Below are positions 1 to 13,146 of a DNA stretch of 64,000 nucleotides, in pieces. The notes below the pieces were generated by a model that ran no database searches, had not been told where the DNA came from, and was given only the letters and a program-made list of their open reading frames with translations. Position numbers and translations under genes: made by a program. Within the stretch, counting starts at the first letter, position 1, and every line of letters starts with the position of its first letter. The DNA is from Octopus vulgaris. Lineage: Eukaryota. Location of the stretch: contig OX597816.1 in assembly GCA_951406725.2 (NCBI GenBank), forward strand, positions 131,440,001 to 131,504,000. The letters are read 5' to 3'.

Positions 1-117
1 CAGAAAGAAATTTTACTGGTGAGGGTGTTCAATTATAAAGCACTAAAAGAGAATGATTCTCCTCAGACACAAGTGTATACACACGCACACACACACACAT
101 ATGTATATATATATATA

Positions 118-520
118 GGCACAGGAGTGGCCATGTGGTAAGTAGCTTGCTTAACAACCACATGGTTCTGGGTTCAGTCCCACTGCGTAGCACTTTGGGC
201 AAGTGTCTTCTACTATAGCCTAAGGCCAACCAAAGCCTTGCGAGTGGATTTGGTAGACGGAAACTGAAAGAAGCCCGTTGTATATATGTATATATATATA
301 TATATGTGTGTCTGTGTTTGTCCCCCACAACATCGCTTGACAATCGATGCTGATGTGTTTTCATCACCGTAACTTAACAATTCGGCAAAAGAGACTGATA
401 GAATAAGTACTAGGCTTACAAAGAATAAATCCTGGGGTCAATTTGCTTGACTAAAGATGGTGCTTCAGCATGGCGGCAGTTAAATGACTGAAAAAAGTAA
501 AAGAGTAAAAGAGAAAGAGT
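118..520 (+). mobile_element. tRNA-derived SINE family A, full copy
   Basis: Head ggcacaggagtggccatgtggtaag...ggttcagtccc (A/B-box-like), CORE-like ttgggcaagt, central (TA)/(TG) microsatellite, (gtaaaaga)n tail; near-identical copies at 46498, 56911, 61067. Confidence 0.85.
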
Positions 521-745
521 ATATATTTGAGTGTTTGAGTCTGTATCCATCCGTCCCCACCATCGCTTGACAACCGATGTTGTGTTTATGTCCCTATAAC
601 TTAGTGGTTCGGCAAAAGAGACTGATAGAATAAGTACTAGGCTTACGAAGAATAAGTCGATAATTCGATTTGTTTGACTAAAAGATTTGTTAAGGTGGTG
701 CTCCAGTATGGCCACAGAGGATTGACTGAAACAAATAATAGAAAA
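521..745 (+). mobile_element. SINE family A, tandem 3' half
   Basis: Repeats the catcgcttgacaaccgatg...gactgaaacaa segment of 118-520. Confidence 0.8.
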
Positions 746-756
746 AAAATGTATTT

Positions 757-990
757 GTCCAGCATGCTAACGATTCTGCCAGCTCATTACTTTGATAATT
801 ATTCTTTGTACTATAGGCAAAAGATGTGAAATTTTGAGTGAGGTGGTTGTCAATTATATCACCTGCAGTGTTCAAAGATGAAAAGAAAAGTCAACCTCAG
901 TAGAATTTGAACCTGGAATGAAAAGCCAGAAGAAATGTCGCTAAGTACTTTTTGTTTGCTGTATTAAGGATTCTATCAGCTCGCTACCTT
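757..990 (-). mobile_element. SINE family B fragments
   Basis: Reverse complement of ggcagaatcgttagcatgc... and gagttcaaattc...gaggttgactt motifs seen in the copy at 39491. Confidence 0.65.
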
Positions 991-1431
991 GATAGTAAAA
1001 CTGATAATAATATAAATTATTTTCTGATGTATGTTTGAGCTGTTTTATGAGATGTAAATTAGATAGGTAGATAGGCATCTATCAGTCTTGAAAGACCTAA
1101 GGATCTTCTGTGCCAGGAGAATTTTGTGTCAGCTGCTGATGGTAATGCAGTGTTTGCTGTGGGTGTGCAGGCCCATACAGGAGTGGCAGTTATGCAACTG
1201 TATTTGAAGATGGTAAATGAACAAGTCCCATTTCATAGAGGTAAATATACAGCCATTTTGAAATACCCCAAATTCCTATGTATCAAACAAATCCTTTCAG
1301 TTACAAGCACTTTGGATAACAGGTTATCAACTCTCTCTCTACATACATACATATACACACATACACACATACATACAAAAATACATGTTTGCATGCATAA
1401 TATTACATATATACATACATACATATATATA

Positions 1432-1875
1432 TAATAGAAATATTAAAATGACTAAGTCTCTCTAAAGGAGATTACGGCAGCGTTACTGGATATTAATAGT
1501 TATCGCCATACTAATATGGCAGTCTAAATATAAGACTAAAGCTGTCGCTGATTAGCTCCAAGAAGTCACCGCCTCTAGCTAGCTATATGACACATGAACC
1601 TGCGTCCATTACAACCTTCGAACAGGGGAGGTCAGCCGCTTCACCTTGCCATATTAGTATGGCGATAACTATTAATATCCAGTAACGCTGCCGTAATCTC
1701 CTTTAGAGAGACTTAGTAATTTTAATATTTCTATTATTGAAAACAAGTGGATGTATTCCACTGTAACTAGGTAAATAAAATCTTCAAACGGCGGTCAGTA
1801 GCGACACCTGCTGGTTCTGACTACGCTGCATTGATAAAGGGCAACAACCCTGAAACATGTCTGCAGATGTCTGAC
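1432..1875 (+). mobile_element. Non-coding PLE-like insert with ~90-bp inverted repeat and hammerhead motif, inside (TA)n
   Basis: 1432-1521 is a near-perfect reverse complement of 1647-1737; hammerhead motif at 1826-1866; TA tracts on both sides. Confidence 0.65.
1826..1866 (+). ncRNA. Minimal type-I hammerhead ribozyme motif, core mutated
   Basis: ctgca-TTGATAA-AGGG caacaa CCCT-GAAA-CATG-TC-tgcag: perfect stems I and II, palindromic stem III (ACATGT), GUC site; core differs from CTGATGA at 2 positions. Confidence 0.7.
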
Positions 1876-1877
1876 TA

Positions 1878-1920
<43 letters not shown>

Positions 1921-1924
<4 letters not shown>

Positions 1925-2437
1925 CAATTTTACAGAAAACAAAAGACAAAGACAGGTGTAGGAACAACAAGCAGGTGTATTACTTTAACACTCGGGGAAA
2001 TATGGAAAAGTTATTTATGTTTCGCGCCTACGCTCTTTGACAGAAAGGATTAAGAGGTAAAAATGGAGAGAGAATGAAAAAAAAAAAAACGGAGAGAGAA
2101 AAATGTGCAGAGTTCAATGGTACAACATGGTGAGATGACTGGAAAAAATGGCTTGAATGGAAGGAAGATAATAATGATAACAGTGAAGGTAATGGTGACC
2201 TCCTAATGAACTAAGGTGCACAAGCATGTGTGTGTATGTGTGAATGGGAGTGAATGAATCTAATGTATGTGTCTGTGTCTGTGTGTATGTGTATGTAAGA
2301 GACGTGTGTGTTGTGTGTAGCAGTTGATGTGTGCACATGTGTATGTGTGTCCCTGTGACCAAACAGTGTGCATGTGTATAGTGTATGTTTGTGGGCGAAA
2401 GTTATCTTTGTGTGTGTTGCATGTGTTTATGCATATT

Positions 2438-2470
<33 letters not shown>

Positions 2471-2640
2471 TGTGTGTGTGTAGGAGTGTGCATGATGATG
2501 TCTGTACTGAGTTAAACAGTGTGTGTGGCTGCTTGTTTAGTGGTTTGTGTTGTGACACTATTGAAGATTGTATATGGGTGTGTTGATAATGGTGTGTGGT
2601 GTGGGTGCTGAGAAGTGTTCAGTGCTAGTGTGTGTGGAGT
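1921..2640 (-). mobile_element. Probable PLE terminal-repeat fragment with degenerate hammerhead (~2012-2047)
   Basis: Minus strand tctgtcaaagagcgtaggcgcgaaacata resembles the 11491 motif; bounded by (TA)n. Confidence 0.4.
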
Positions 2641-2966
2641 GAAATATATATATATATATATGAGAAATTATATGATTTGTTCCCTGTGTATGTTTTACTG
2701 CTGCAGTTATTTGCATCCTCTACATTAGATGTTCCAAGTGCAATTAGATGCAAAACTCCAACAGATCATTAGTGGAACACTTTATTGTATTATGTTACTC
2801 AGATAAAATACCTTTTGATCCAATCCAGAGGTTACAAATAACCACAATGGTGAAACGTACCTGTATATCATAATCAGTAACACTACTAAGTGTAGTAGAA
2901 ACCACATCACCATACAAGAAGAAAGCTGTAAATCTAACTGTACACACAAGATATACTACACACATA

Positions 2967-3004
<38 letters not shown>

Positions 3005-3005
3005 G

Positions 3006-3055
<50 letters not shown>

Positions 3056-3109
3056 AGATGCTGAATACATGTTGTAGAGTATATGATTTTATTTCAACTA
3101 AATGTTTGT

Positions 3110-3150
3110 CTTGTAACTAGAGTTTCATGCCAGTGAAGTCTTCAGGCAAG
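3110..3150 (-). ncRNA. Degenerate minimal hammerhead motif
   Basis: Minus strand cttgc-CTGAAGA-cttcactggcat-GAAA-c tcta g-TT-acaag, followed by aataaa. Confidence 0.45.
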
Positions 3151-3821
3151 AACTATTTACTACTCGAAATGGTGGTGTATGCTTTTAATTTTCCTTTGAT
3201 GTGTGTGTGTATGGTCTAGTGCTTGTGTTTCTTAATTAATTTGCATTTTATACTTTGCTTATTGATTGAGTGATGTTTTCTGGATTTGTGATTGGTTAGT
3301 TAAGCTATTTTTTATAATGTGATGTTTATAATCTTCAGTGGGAGTGTTTATTACTTAGTTATGATTTGTTGGTGAGCTAGTGATGGGTAGGTGGGGGTTA
3401 TGCTTTCATTTGTGTATGTGTATCTGTGGATAGAAGTTGTGATATGGTAAACATGTTTGCACACATTTACCCCCTTACACCCTACCACTCTTGTAACAAA
3501 GAAGTCATGTCCTTAACAAGACTAAAGTATCTTCTTATCATACTTTACAGAGTGAAGTTGGTCATTTTTCATGACACCAGCACTGGAAAGGTACCCAATC
3601 ACAACTAAAGGTCCTAATCACAACTAAAAGGACTACACACCCCCAAGTCTCAGCTCATTTGTCCACCTCTTTAGAGAGTGAGAAACAGTAGTGACAGGGA
3701 TGTGTGATTAGAAGTTGAATGATAGGAGTACACAGTATTCTAAGATAGGTACTAGTATCTGATACAGATACCAATATCTGAGATAGGTACTAATATTAAA
3801 GGCAATATGACTGAAGTTGTA

Positions 3822-4497
3822 TGGCAGCAAGCTGACAGAAATGTTAGCGCACCGGGTGAAATGCTTAGCAGTATTTCATCTGTCTTTATATTCTGAGTTC
3901 AAATTCTGCTGAGGTCAACTTTGCCTTTCATCCTTTTGAGGTCAATAAATTAAGTACCAGTTGCATACTGGGGTCGATCTAATTGACTGGATCCCTCCCC
4001 CAAAACTTCAATCCTCATGCTTAGAGTCGAATAGAATATGACTGAAATGATAAAGTAGCAAGATGGCAGAATTGTCAGAGTGTTGGGCAAAATGCTTAGT
4101 GCTATTTCTTCAGTCTTTATGTTCTGGGTTCAAATTCCACTGAGGGTTACCTTGCCTTTCATCCTTTCAGGATCTATAAAATAAGTACCTGTCAAGCATT
4201 GGGAGGTTGATGTAATTGATTTTCTCCTTCCCCCAATCTTGCTAGCCTTGTGTCAAAATTTGAAACCAATATTTTAAAATAAGAGGAGGCAGAGAGCTGG
4301 CAGACTTGTTTGCATGCTGGGCAAAATGCTTAGTGGCATTTCATCTGAGTTCTGAGTTCAAATTCTGCTGAGGTCAACTTTGCCTCTCATCCCTTTCAGA
4401 TTCAATAAAATAAGTACTAATTGAACACTGGGGTTGATATAATCGACTTATCTCCTTCCTGAAAATGCTGGCCTTGTGCCAAAATTTGAAATCAGTA
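3822..4497 (+). mobile_element. Three consecutive SINE family B copies
   Basis: Each has ggcagaa...aaatgcttag...gagttcaaatt...gcctttcatcc...aagtac...ggggt(c/t)gat. Confidence 0.85.
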
Positions 4498-4724
4498 TTC
4501 AAGGCAATATGACTGAAGTGGTAGGGAAGTGACAAAAGTCTATGTGATCCAGGGACTGAAATAATGACAGAGGTTCAGATTGAGTGAGAGAAACGAATTA
4601 AAGATATGCTGACAGAGAGAGTATTAAGGGGTGATGACAATATGTACAGGTGAAGAGGGTGAAGGAAGAGTGAACTGGGCACAAGTGATCCAATGTAGCC
4701 ACCTATACATAGGTGATGAGATGG

Positions 4725-4890
4725 GCTAAAACAGTTGAGTAATGAGTGATGAGTTGAGTGATGATGAGTTAAGGAGTTGAATAACGAGCTGAGTGATGAG
4801 CTTAGGGGTGAGTTGAGTGATAAGCAGCAAGGAGATGAATGATGAAGGACTGAGTGATGAATGATGAGGGATTGAGTGATGAGACATGAA
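4725..4890. repeat. Degenerate (GAGTGATGA)-like low-complexity repeat
   Basis: Repeated tgagtgatga units. Confidence 0.6.
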
Positions 4891-5833
4891 GCAAATGGAA
4901 AAATAGTGGGTCTGTGCCAAAACATAAAAGAATGATGGGGAGCAGGTCTGAGCAAAGGCAGAGTTATCCCAATTGAAAGCAATGCATGGTGAACCACAGA
5001 AGAGACCCACTGCCGTCTTCAGTTCCTGTGGAACATAGTGCAGTAAGAACTGAGAAGATAAGCAATGGGAATGAGTGACAGAGTGTAATGTATAGGAAAT
5101 AGTATACGAACATTCTTGACAGTTTATTGGATGTCAATATGTCCACTTGTCATGAAGAATGGTAAAATTTGATGTTTTGGGCTATAAACCTCAATCTATT
5201 CGTTGTTTAGGTTATAACCCTAAGCAACAGATATGTTGTTGTTGTTGATTTTACTGTAGTGGAAATTCCATGTTGCAATTTGAATAGAAGTACTTACTAT
5301 AGCAGAATGGCTTCAACTCAAATTGATTGGAGAATTGAAACTGCTGGGGAGAACTTGTCCTTGAGGAACTCAACCACTGGAAAGTTTCATAGAGCAATTT
5401 GTATTCAGTCTGAAATGTGGTTCCTCATCACAAATGCTACATCAATTCTTTCTTTCTTTCTTTCTTTCTTTCTAAGTAGTAATGCTGTTCACAAATCTGA
5501 TATCCCCCCAGAAACACACAATCTTCATTGGGTAGTTCCCAAGTGTGCATGTGTATAAGGGTAGTCTGTATGGTGTATGTATAGGTGTGTGTGTGTAGAT
5601 ATGAAGAATAAATAAAAAAATATTTTATATTGAAATGAGGAGGAGGAGGCAGAGGAGGCTGTAAAAGTATCTCCAATTAATACAATTTAATACCCTAAAG
5701 CAATATCAAAGAATTAAAAAAATAATAAAAAAGAAAGAATTTTAAAAATGTCAATGTTGCTATTAATTTCTCATAAATCTTTGTAATGCACTCAATGTTC
5801 AGTTTACATACTAATTTAGAATATTTGTAAAAT

Positions 5834-5847
5834 TAATAATAATAATG

Positions 5848-5887
<40 letters not shown>

Positions 5888-5928
5888 CAACAACAATAAC
5901 AAAAAAAAAAATAATAATAATAATAATA
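5834..5928. repeat. (AAT)n/(AAC)n microsatellite
   Basis: Direct reading. Confidence 0.95.
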
Positions 5929-5929
5929 A

Positions 5930-6805
5930 AGGTTTCAAATTTTGGCACAAGGCCAGTAATTTTATCAACTTATTTTATCAACTCCAAAAGGATGAAAAGC
6001 AAAGTTGACCACAGTGGAATTTGAACTCAGAAAATTAAAAGCAGGAAGGAATACTGCAAAAATATTTTTTCTCTGATGCTAGTAATTTCTTCAGCTCTTC
6101 ATTTTGGTGGGATTTGAACTCAAAACTTAAAGAACCGAAAGCAATACTGCAAAGAACTTTTTCTGATACTCAAAATGATTCTGCCAGCTGGCTATCCTTC
6201 TTATAACAATGGTTTCAAATTTTGGCACGAGACCAGCAATTTTAGGGGAGAGGATAAGTCAATTACATTGACCCTGGTGTTCAACAGGTACTTAATTTAA
6301 AGCTGGAATACAGAACATTGTAGAATGGAAAGAAATAGTGCAAAGCATAGGGTTAAAAATAGAAGTTGGTTAATCAGCTTTGATCAAGTAAACCTATGAT
6401 CAGAAGAATTCCAGATGTAGTCACCTATCTTTTCTTTCTTAAGCAATAGATGACATTATCTAAAAAGATCTTCACTTTTTTAAAGACAGTAGGATGTGAT
6501 TTGAGAGATTTGGCTATTATTTCTAGTTGGTTGAATAGCCACAGAAAAGATACTTTGTTGGCTTGTACTAGCAATCAAACATTCCAGTTGTTTCACTGAT
6601 TTTATCAAATAAATAATTCTTTCTAATTTTGGCACAAGGCCAGCAATTTTAAGAGGAGAGGGAAGTTAATTAGTTATTTTATCGAACCTGAAAGGATGAA
6701 TGGCCATGTAGTCCATGGCAACATTTGAAGTAAGGACAGAAAGAACCAGAGACCCGCTAAGCATTTTGTCTGTCACAGTAAGGACTCTGCTGACTTGCTG
6801 CGTTT
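5930..6805 (-). mobile_element. Cluster of decayed SINE family B copies plus another interspersed repeat (6350-6560)
   Basis: tttggcacaaggccagcaatttt, ggatgaaa, gaatttgaactc motifs; 6495-6545 matches the reverse of 48635-48680. Confidence 0.65.
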
Positions 6806-6967
6806 TTTATCCACTAAATAATGATAAGCACAATAAATCCAACTTACATTTTACCTTAGATATTGAAATTTCTTATAGTTTATAACCACATGTTTCAACT
6901 TTTACTGAGCAATGCTATGCATGTTAACCTTGTCTTTCAGCAATCAGTGAGTATATTTTTTTCTTCT

Positions 6968-7259
6968 ATAACTGTTTAGCATTTAAATTGGCTGTATCTG
7001 GTCCAAATATTCTACCTGTTATAGAACAAGTAGAATATTTTGAACCAGTTAGATTGGCCTCTCATACCTACCTTATAATGTCATTCCACCAGGTAGAATA
7101 ATTTGAACCAGACTGATCTGGCCTTTCACACCTACCCTATAATATCACTTTAAAAATAAACAATCACATCATTGAAATCTCAAAGCTACAAGGTAATGCA
7201 TGACCAGTGAATAAATAAGCATCATGTTTGACAGAAAAATATGAATGTTAAAAGGTTAA
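6968..7259. mobile_element. piggyBac-like MITE, decayed
   Basis: taactgtttagcattta...tgaatgttaaaaggttaa ends (TTAA); the same 5' part recurs at 54075-54120. Confidence 0.55.
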
Positions 7260-8114
7260 AAGTTGATACTAAAACGTTAAGTAGTAAATTCTCAATAAAC
7301 GATGTTCATAATACAATTTTGATTCCAAGATGGAACTACCAAAAAGTCAGGGGATAGATACAAACAACAGTTATTTTAGACATTTTGATTGTCTCATATC
7401 TTTTAGGTAATTAATTATACATATTAGAGTTTGTTAGGTTACTAACTGTATATTTCTCAGGCTAAAATGAACAATTTTTTTGTCAAGGTAATTGTTTAGT
7501 TAGATAAATATGCATCCTATTTCTTAATTAGGAGAGATTATGAGAATCAATTCAATATTATTCCATCTAAATATTTATGCGTTAGGCCAGTTGATTCTCC
7601 CAGAACTTGATCCTTGCTATCATGCTGCTTCAGATTTATTCATTACTGTTTCAAGAATCCTTCTTGGTTTCTAATGAAGCACGGGATAGATTGGGAATGA
7701 ATTATGACTTGGGTTTTTAAAGGTAATATTGTTTAAGTAATGATGTCTGTTCAAAGCTCAAAAGCTTTTTATTCATGCTTTATTCTGACAATAGATTTAT
7801 CTTAACAATAATGATACAGTGAAGTCCTTGTAATCTCTTAACTATGAAATTATCTCAGATATTGACCATGTATTTGCCTTCACAACATCTCACTACATTG
7901 TCTGTTTTAACTGGAACATCACTTGACAGGATCTTCATTGTCCCTTCTGCTGCTCTTCTCATATGGTAATACCCTGTAGTTTTTTCCAATGTAAATGTTC
8001 CATTGTTGGTATAGATGCAAGTCAAAGCAATGCTTTCAGTTAGCAAAGGGGACTCTCCTTATCAAATGGATAAATTATTGAGACAAACAGGATAAAAACA
8101 AAAATGCTTTATAT

Positions 8115-8272
8115 ATTGACCCCAGTACTCAATTGGTACTTATTTTATCAACCCTGAATGGATGAAAGGCAAAGTCAGCCTTAGGAGAATTTGAACTCAG
8201 AATGTAAAGACAGATGAAATGCCACAAAACATTTTTCCCGGAATGCTAACGATTCTACCAGCTCACTGCCTT
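8115..8272 (-). mobile_element. SINE family B
   Basis: gaccccagtactcaattggtactta...gaatttgaactcagaatgtaaagacag...gattctaccagctcactgcc. Confidence 0.8.
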
Positions 8273-8834
8273 AAAACTAGCGATACATTAAGGTCCAAGA
8301 GGTTGAGGTTAGCAATCCCTCTCCATGATCTGAAAAGTAGGGGGAACATTGTATCTCTGCAAAATTTCCTATTCCCATCATAGTCAAATAATATATTTAT
8401 TTAGTGGATGCTGATGTTTTATGAAATGTAACACAAAATGGATTATTGCACATAAGCTGTTACATGTTGTCTGACCTGTGTCTAATAGCAGATTACTAAG
8501 ATGACAAGGAACTCTTGTTCAAATCTGAACATAGTGAAGTGTTTATGTTTCCTTCTCTAGTACTGAAAGGAGGTAGAGGAAATTGAACTGAGAACTAGAA
8601 AATCACAAAATATTTATGATTTTGTAGTGGTCCATGTCATTTTTATGTTAGTGTGCATACATTCATAATACTGATTTAAATCTAAGAAGACTGAACCAGT
8701 TAAAGTTAAATATCTTGATTATGTAAAAAGTGCAGTGTAGGTGTTGGGATATGAACTTTACTGTATTGATATGGTATAGTTTACTTAAGTTACTTTAAGT
8801 TAAAGTTGCTGTTATAGTGAAAGACATACCAAGA

Positions 8835-9052
8835 TGATGAGTTGGCAGAAAAGTTAGAGAAATGTTGAGAAAAATGCTTTGGGGTATTTCTTCTAACTCA
8901 TTATGTTTTGAGATGAAATTCTGCTGTGGTTGACTTTGCCTTTCATCCTTTCGGGGTCAATAAAATAAGTGTCAGTTGAACACTGAGGTTGATATAATTG
9001 ACTAACTCCATCCCCCAAAATTGCAGGCCTTGTGCCAAAATTCGAAAGAATT
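8835..9052 (+). mobile_element. SINE family B
   Basis: gagttggcagaa...gactttgcctttcatcctttcggggtcaataaa...gccttgtgccaaaatt. Confidence 0.8.
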
Positions 9053-9814
9053 ATGAAAGACATACCAAAAATGTCCCAAATTTGGTTTGGTATGAGAGAA
9101 AAGTTTTTGTTATGCTAATTATTCTCAACTTTGCAATTCAGAGCTCATATCTCATATGGAAATGTACTGTGAGTAGTTGTGGAATGTGTTATAGCAGTGC
9201 ATGTATTATCCTACTGGAGCCTTCTAGAATAGTGTGTATGATATGCAAATTATATGAATATATGATGTTTTATAACTTGATATTGTATTGCAAATGTATT
9301 GGATGTGATGATATTTTCAAATATGAAATGCAGATTAAATATTTATCTGATAAAATCTTAGTCTAACAACATCCTTTGACAACTGTATGACTTTACTTTG
9401 TATTTATAAGTATCATTATTATCATTATATCTTATCTCAAATTATGTAAAATAATTTTTAGTTCAAATGATTGTTCAGGGCAAATTTTGTAAAGACTTTT
9501 TTTAACAGCTTTTAAATACTGCATGTTTTGTCTGAATGGCCAAAATTAGTGTTGTTGTCATCTTTATGAGAGAACTTCTTGTGTTGTGGAAGATAAGACA
9601 AAAGTATCAAAGTCATAAATGTGAGTAGAGTTAAAAAAAAGACAAAAACAAAAACATATAATAAGTAAGAAACAAGTAAATAATACAAACAATCCTAAAA
9701 CAAAAATATGCAAAGAATAACATCAAATAAAAACATTAAGATGAGAGTTGTACAAGTTTCATTTACTCTTTCTTAGGTTTTCAAAGTTTCTTTGAAAAGA
9801 AGAATATACATTTA

Positions 9815-9877
<63 letters not shown>

Positions 9878-9902
9878 ACGTGCATGCATGTGTGGGTGTA
9901 TG

Positions 9903-10405
9903 TGTCATTATTCAATTTTATTTCAAGATTTCTTGTCAATAGAGAAAGAGTCACTTTCTAACCCAGACCCAAAGCTCCTTCATTGGAATCTCAACATCAT
10001 CAACAGGGTATTTTTGCTTGTATCTGTGTATATGTGCAGTATTTGGAGTCAGTGCATGAGCGGATTTATATCTCTTGTTTTATGTATGTATTCTCATGCA
10101 TATAGTAACATGTCCAGACATGTTCATATATACGTAAGTGATAAACTTCTGGAAAGTTTTACAAATTTTACAGTTCTAGTGATAGCTTGGATATGTAGTC
10201 TTCGAATTAGCTTTCTCCTTTCTGATTTTGAGAAGCTTAATTTCTGAAGATTGATACTTAGGCAGTGTGTTACATATCCCAGGGTACCAATAATTACGGT
10301 ATAAACTTGATCTTGTTATCTGGGTAGAGTAACTGCAAATTTCTCAATAGTTCTGCATAGGTATTTTCAATTTGCTGATCTTTAGTCTTATGTTAACATC
10401 CACTG
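9903..10405 (-). mobile_element. 3' end of an RLE-type (R4-like) non-LTR retrotransposon
   Basis: Frameshifted minus-strand translation ENTYAELLRNLQLLYPDNKIKFIP..IIGTLGYVTHCL..RRLHIQAITRTVK resembles R4-clade restriction-like endonuclease C-termini; flanked by (CA)n/(TACA)n; the 3' tip recurs at 12213-12285 (+). Confidence 0.65.
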
Positions 10406-10406
10406 G

Positions 10407-10437
<31 letters not shown>

Positions 10438-10540
10438 TGTATGTATGTATGTGCGTACGTACGTATGTATTATGTATGTATGTATGTATATATGTACATA
10501 CGTATGTATGTACGAATGTACTAATTGAAATACATATATG

Positions 10541-10596
<56 letters not shown>

Positions 10597-10604
10597 TATA
10601 TATT

Positions 10605-10935
10605 CTTTTCTTTTATTCTTTTACTTGTTTCAGTTATTTGATTGCCTTAAAGGGTTTTAGTCAAAGAAATTGACCCCAGGACTTATTCTTTGTAAGCCTA
10701 GTACTTATTCTATCAGTATCTTTTGCTGAACCACAAAGCTATGGGGACATAAACACATCAACATTGGTTGTCAAGCAATGGTGGGGGGGGGGACAAACAC
10801 AGATACAAAGACACACACACACACACAATGGCCTTCTTTCAGTTTCTGTCTACCAAATCCACTCACAAGGCTTTGGTCGGCCCAAGGTTATAGCAGAAGA
10901 CACTTGCTCAAGTGCCACGCAGTTGGACTGAACTT
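10605..10935 (-). mobile_element. SINE family A, 5'-truncated
   Basis: Reverse complement of family A body. Confidence 0.85.
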
Positions 10936-11335
10936 TGTTTCTTTCTCTCATCCTCTCTCTTTTCCCCCTTTCTTTCCCTCATCTTCTCTCTTGTCCATCT
11001 TCCACTCTGCCTCTTGAGCACATGTGATTATAGGCCTTTCTTCTCGCCTCTGTCTTTTCTGGATGCAACGTCCAATTAGCTGGACACTGTTTCCCACTTC
11101 TCTCACCTCTCGACATTTTTTCCTCTTCTACTGTTTTCATCTCTTCTATTTATTCTATGTACTTTCAAAATTTCTCCCAGGCATTACCCATCACAGTTCA
11201 TCTTGGCCTAAAATCCCTTAATGTTTGTCTTCATTGATTATTTACTCTGTACATCCACTCTGTTGTTGTTTGTTTGTTTGTTTGAAGCCCTAACTCACCA
11301 CAAATATTTTATATTTTAAAAATTTCTGGATGCTG

Positions 11336-11386
<51 letters not shown>

Positions 11387-11391
<5 letters not shown>

Positions 11392-11598
11392 TAATCCAAA
11401 CATGAAAGCACAAAAAAAAAACACAACAACGCGAGGACGTGGAACAAATATAGTATTATTGGACACTCAGGAAAGAAGGAAAGAAGGAGGGTTTAACGTT
11501 TTGAGCGGAGCTCTTCGTCGGAAACATAGGAGAAGGAAAGATCAAGAGAAGGGAAGACAGAGGAAAAAAATCGCCAACGGTACATACGCGATCACATT

Positions 11599-11602
<4 letters not shown>
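11387..11602 (-). mobile_element. Short PLE terminal-repeat fragment in (TA)n with hammerhead motif at 11491-11525
   Basis: Minus strand gttt-CCGACGA-AGAGC tcc GCTC-AAAA-CG-TT-aaac; palindromic AACGTT stem III; CpG-rich relative to flanks. Confidence 0.6.
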
Positions 11603-11635
<33 letters not shown>

Positions 11636-11662
11636 GAGAGAGAGAGAGAGAGAGAGCGAGTG

Positions 11663-12029
11663 ATAGTGTTAAAACACAGAAAACTTTTAGTAGCAGGCAT
11701 AGGTCACCTAGAAACAGCAGTGGAATTATTAAATCTATATCTCTGCTTATTAGCTTCAGCAGCAGCAAACATCCACAGACAAATATCAGCAGCAGGCTTC
11801 TGTTGCTAATAATGAATTTCTGTCCTGCCTGCCAGCTAAATGCAACATCAGTGACCTTATGATCATTGTTTAACTATATCAGCTTGCAGCCAAGGTTTGC
11901 TTGACATATGATGAAATGGATATTTCCTACCAAAGAAGCTAACAAGTAGAAATCTAGATCCAGCAATTCCACTACCCTACTGGGTGACCTTCACCTGCTA
12001 CTGATGTTTTACTGCATTTTTAACACTAT
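11663..12029. mobile_element. MITE with ~95-bp imperfect TIRs
   Basis: atagtgttaaaa...agtagcagg...ggtcacc...gtggaatt...ttagcttc matches the reverse complement of 11934-12029; TA at both ends. Confidence 0.75.
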
Positions 12030-12125
12030 ATATCTATAGGAGATGCTTTTTCAAGAGGAACACCCCAGTATAGAAGATTTTCAATAGAATAGATACTTTA
12101 AGTGTGCATACAGATCATTAGTACA

Positions 12126-12171
<46 letters not shown>

Positions 12172-12286
12172 CATACATGCATACATACATGCATACATAC
12201 ATACATATATACATGCTCTAAGTTAGAAGCTGGCTCTTTCTCTATTGGCAAGAAATCTTGAAATATAACTGAGTAATAACATACCA

Positions 12287-12328
<42 letters not shown>

Positions 12329-12337
12329 ATAATTTCC

Positions 12338-12381
<44 letters not shown>

Positions 12382-12613
12382 AAAATTATTAGTTAGAAGT
12401 TATGCAGCCATCTAAGGGATAAAGTGTATCCGTAGGCACTACTGGTATATTACCTCACTATGTATAGTCCTAGCTAAAAGGTATGCAGTAGTTGGTAATT
12501 TAAAGGTAAAATCATGGTTTAATATATACAGAAAAGAAAAGAAATGGATCAATAAATAACAATGAGAAGTTGATCATTGGTATTAAAAGGTCACAGTTTA
12601 ATTGTAGTTCAGA

Positions 12614-12696
12614 ATCATTTACAGCTGTTTCTGTTTATCAAATTGAAGTAAATTTGCATTTATCTCATTCCATTTAACAAACATCGTCAGAATGAT
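12614..12696 (-). ncRNA. Type-I hammerhead ribozyme motif, intact core
   Basis: atcatt-CTGACGA-tgtttgttaaat...atttgataaaca-GAAA-CAGCTG-TA-aatgat: 6-bp stem I, long stem II, palindromic stem III, GUA site. Confidence 0.85.
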
Positions 12697-13146
12697 TTAG
12701 AGGAATATAAATAGGAGAAAACTGGAAATGAAAGGAAAAGGAAAAGGCAAAAGAAAAAGGAAAAAGTTTGTTAAGTCTTTAGGCTTACATTTTAGTGACT
12801 CTTTGGGTTCCATGTGTGTGTATGTTTCTTCAGTTAGATGAATGGAGCCATAAGTGGGGAAAATGACTAGTTGACTGGCAGTGTTAGTTGAAGGAGTTAT
12901 ATCTAGTGGAGATATCCAGTGTTGTTAATTGTAATATATAACACTATTAGTGACTGCTAGGTTAGTCCCTATGATTACAAATGATGCCCTTGTTAAAAAC
13001 TAAGGATACTTTTTAAAGTTAGTACGACATAATGTATATATATGAGCTACATAAAGGAATAATAAAAAAGGTAAAGAGTAAATAAATAAAAAAATACTTT
13101 TCCTTTTCCTTTCATTTCCCTTTTTCTCCAATTTATATTCCTCTAA

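Noticed and set aside
1075-1240. Possible plus-strand exon (SISLERPKDLL...QVPFHR, donor gtaaat)
   Set aside because: No pyrimidine tract at the acceptor, no recognisable homology and no partner exon
7855-8046. 63-aa ORF in unique sequence
   Set aside because: No motif or convincing splice context
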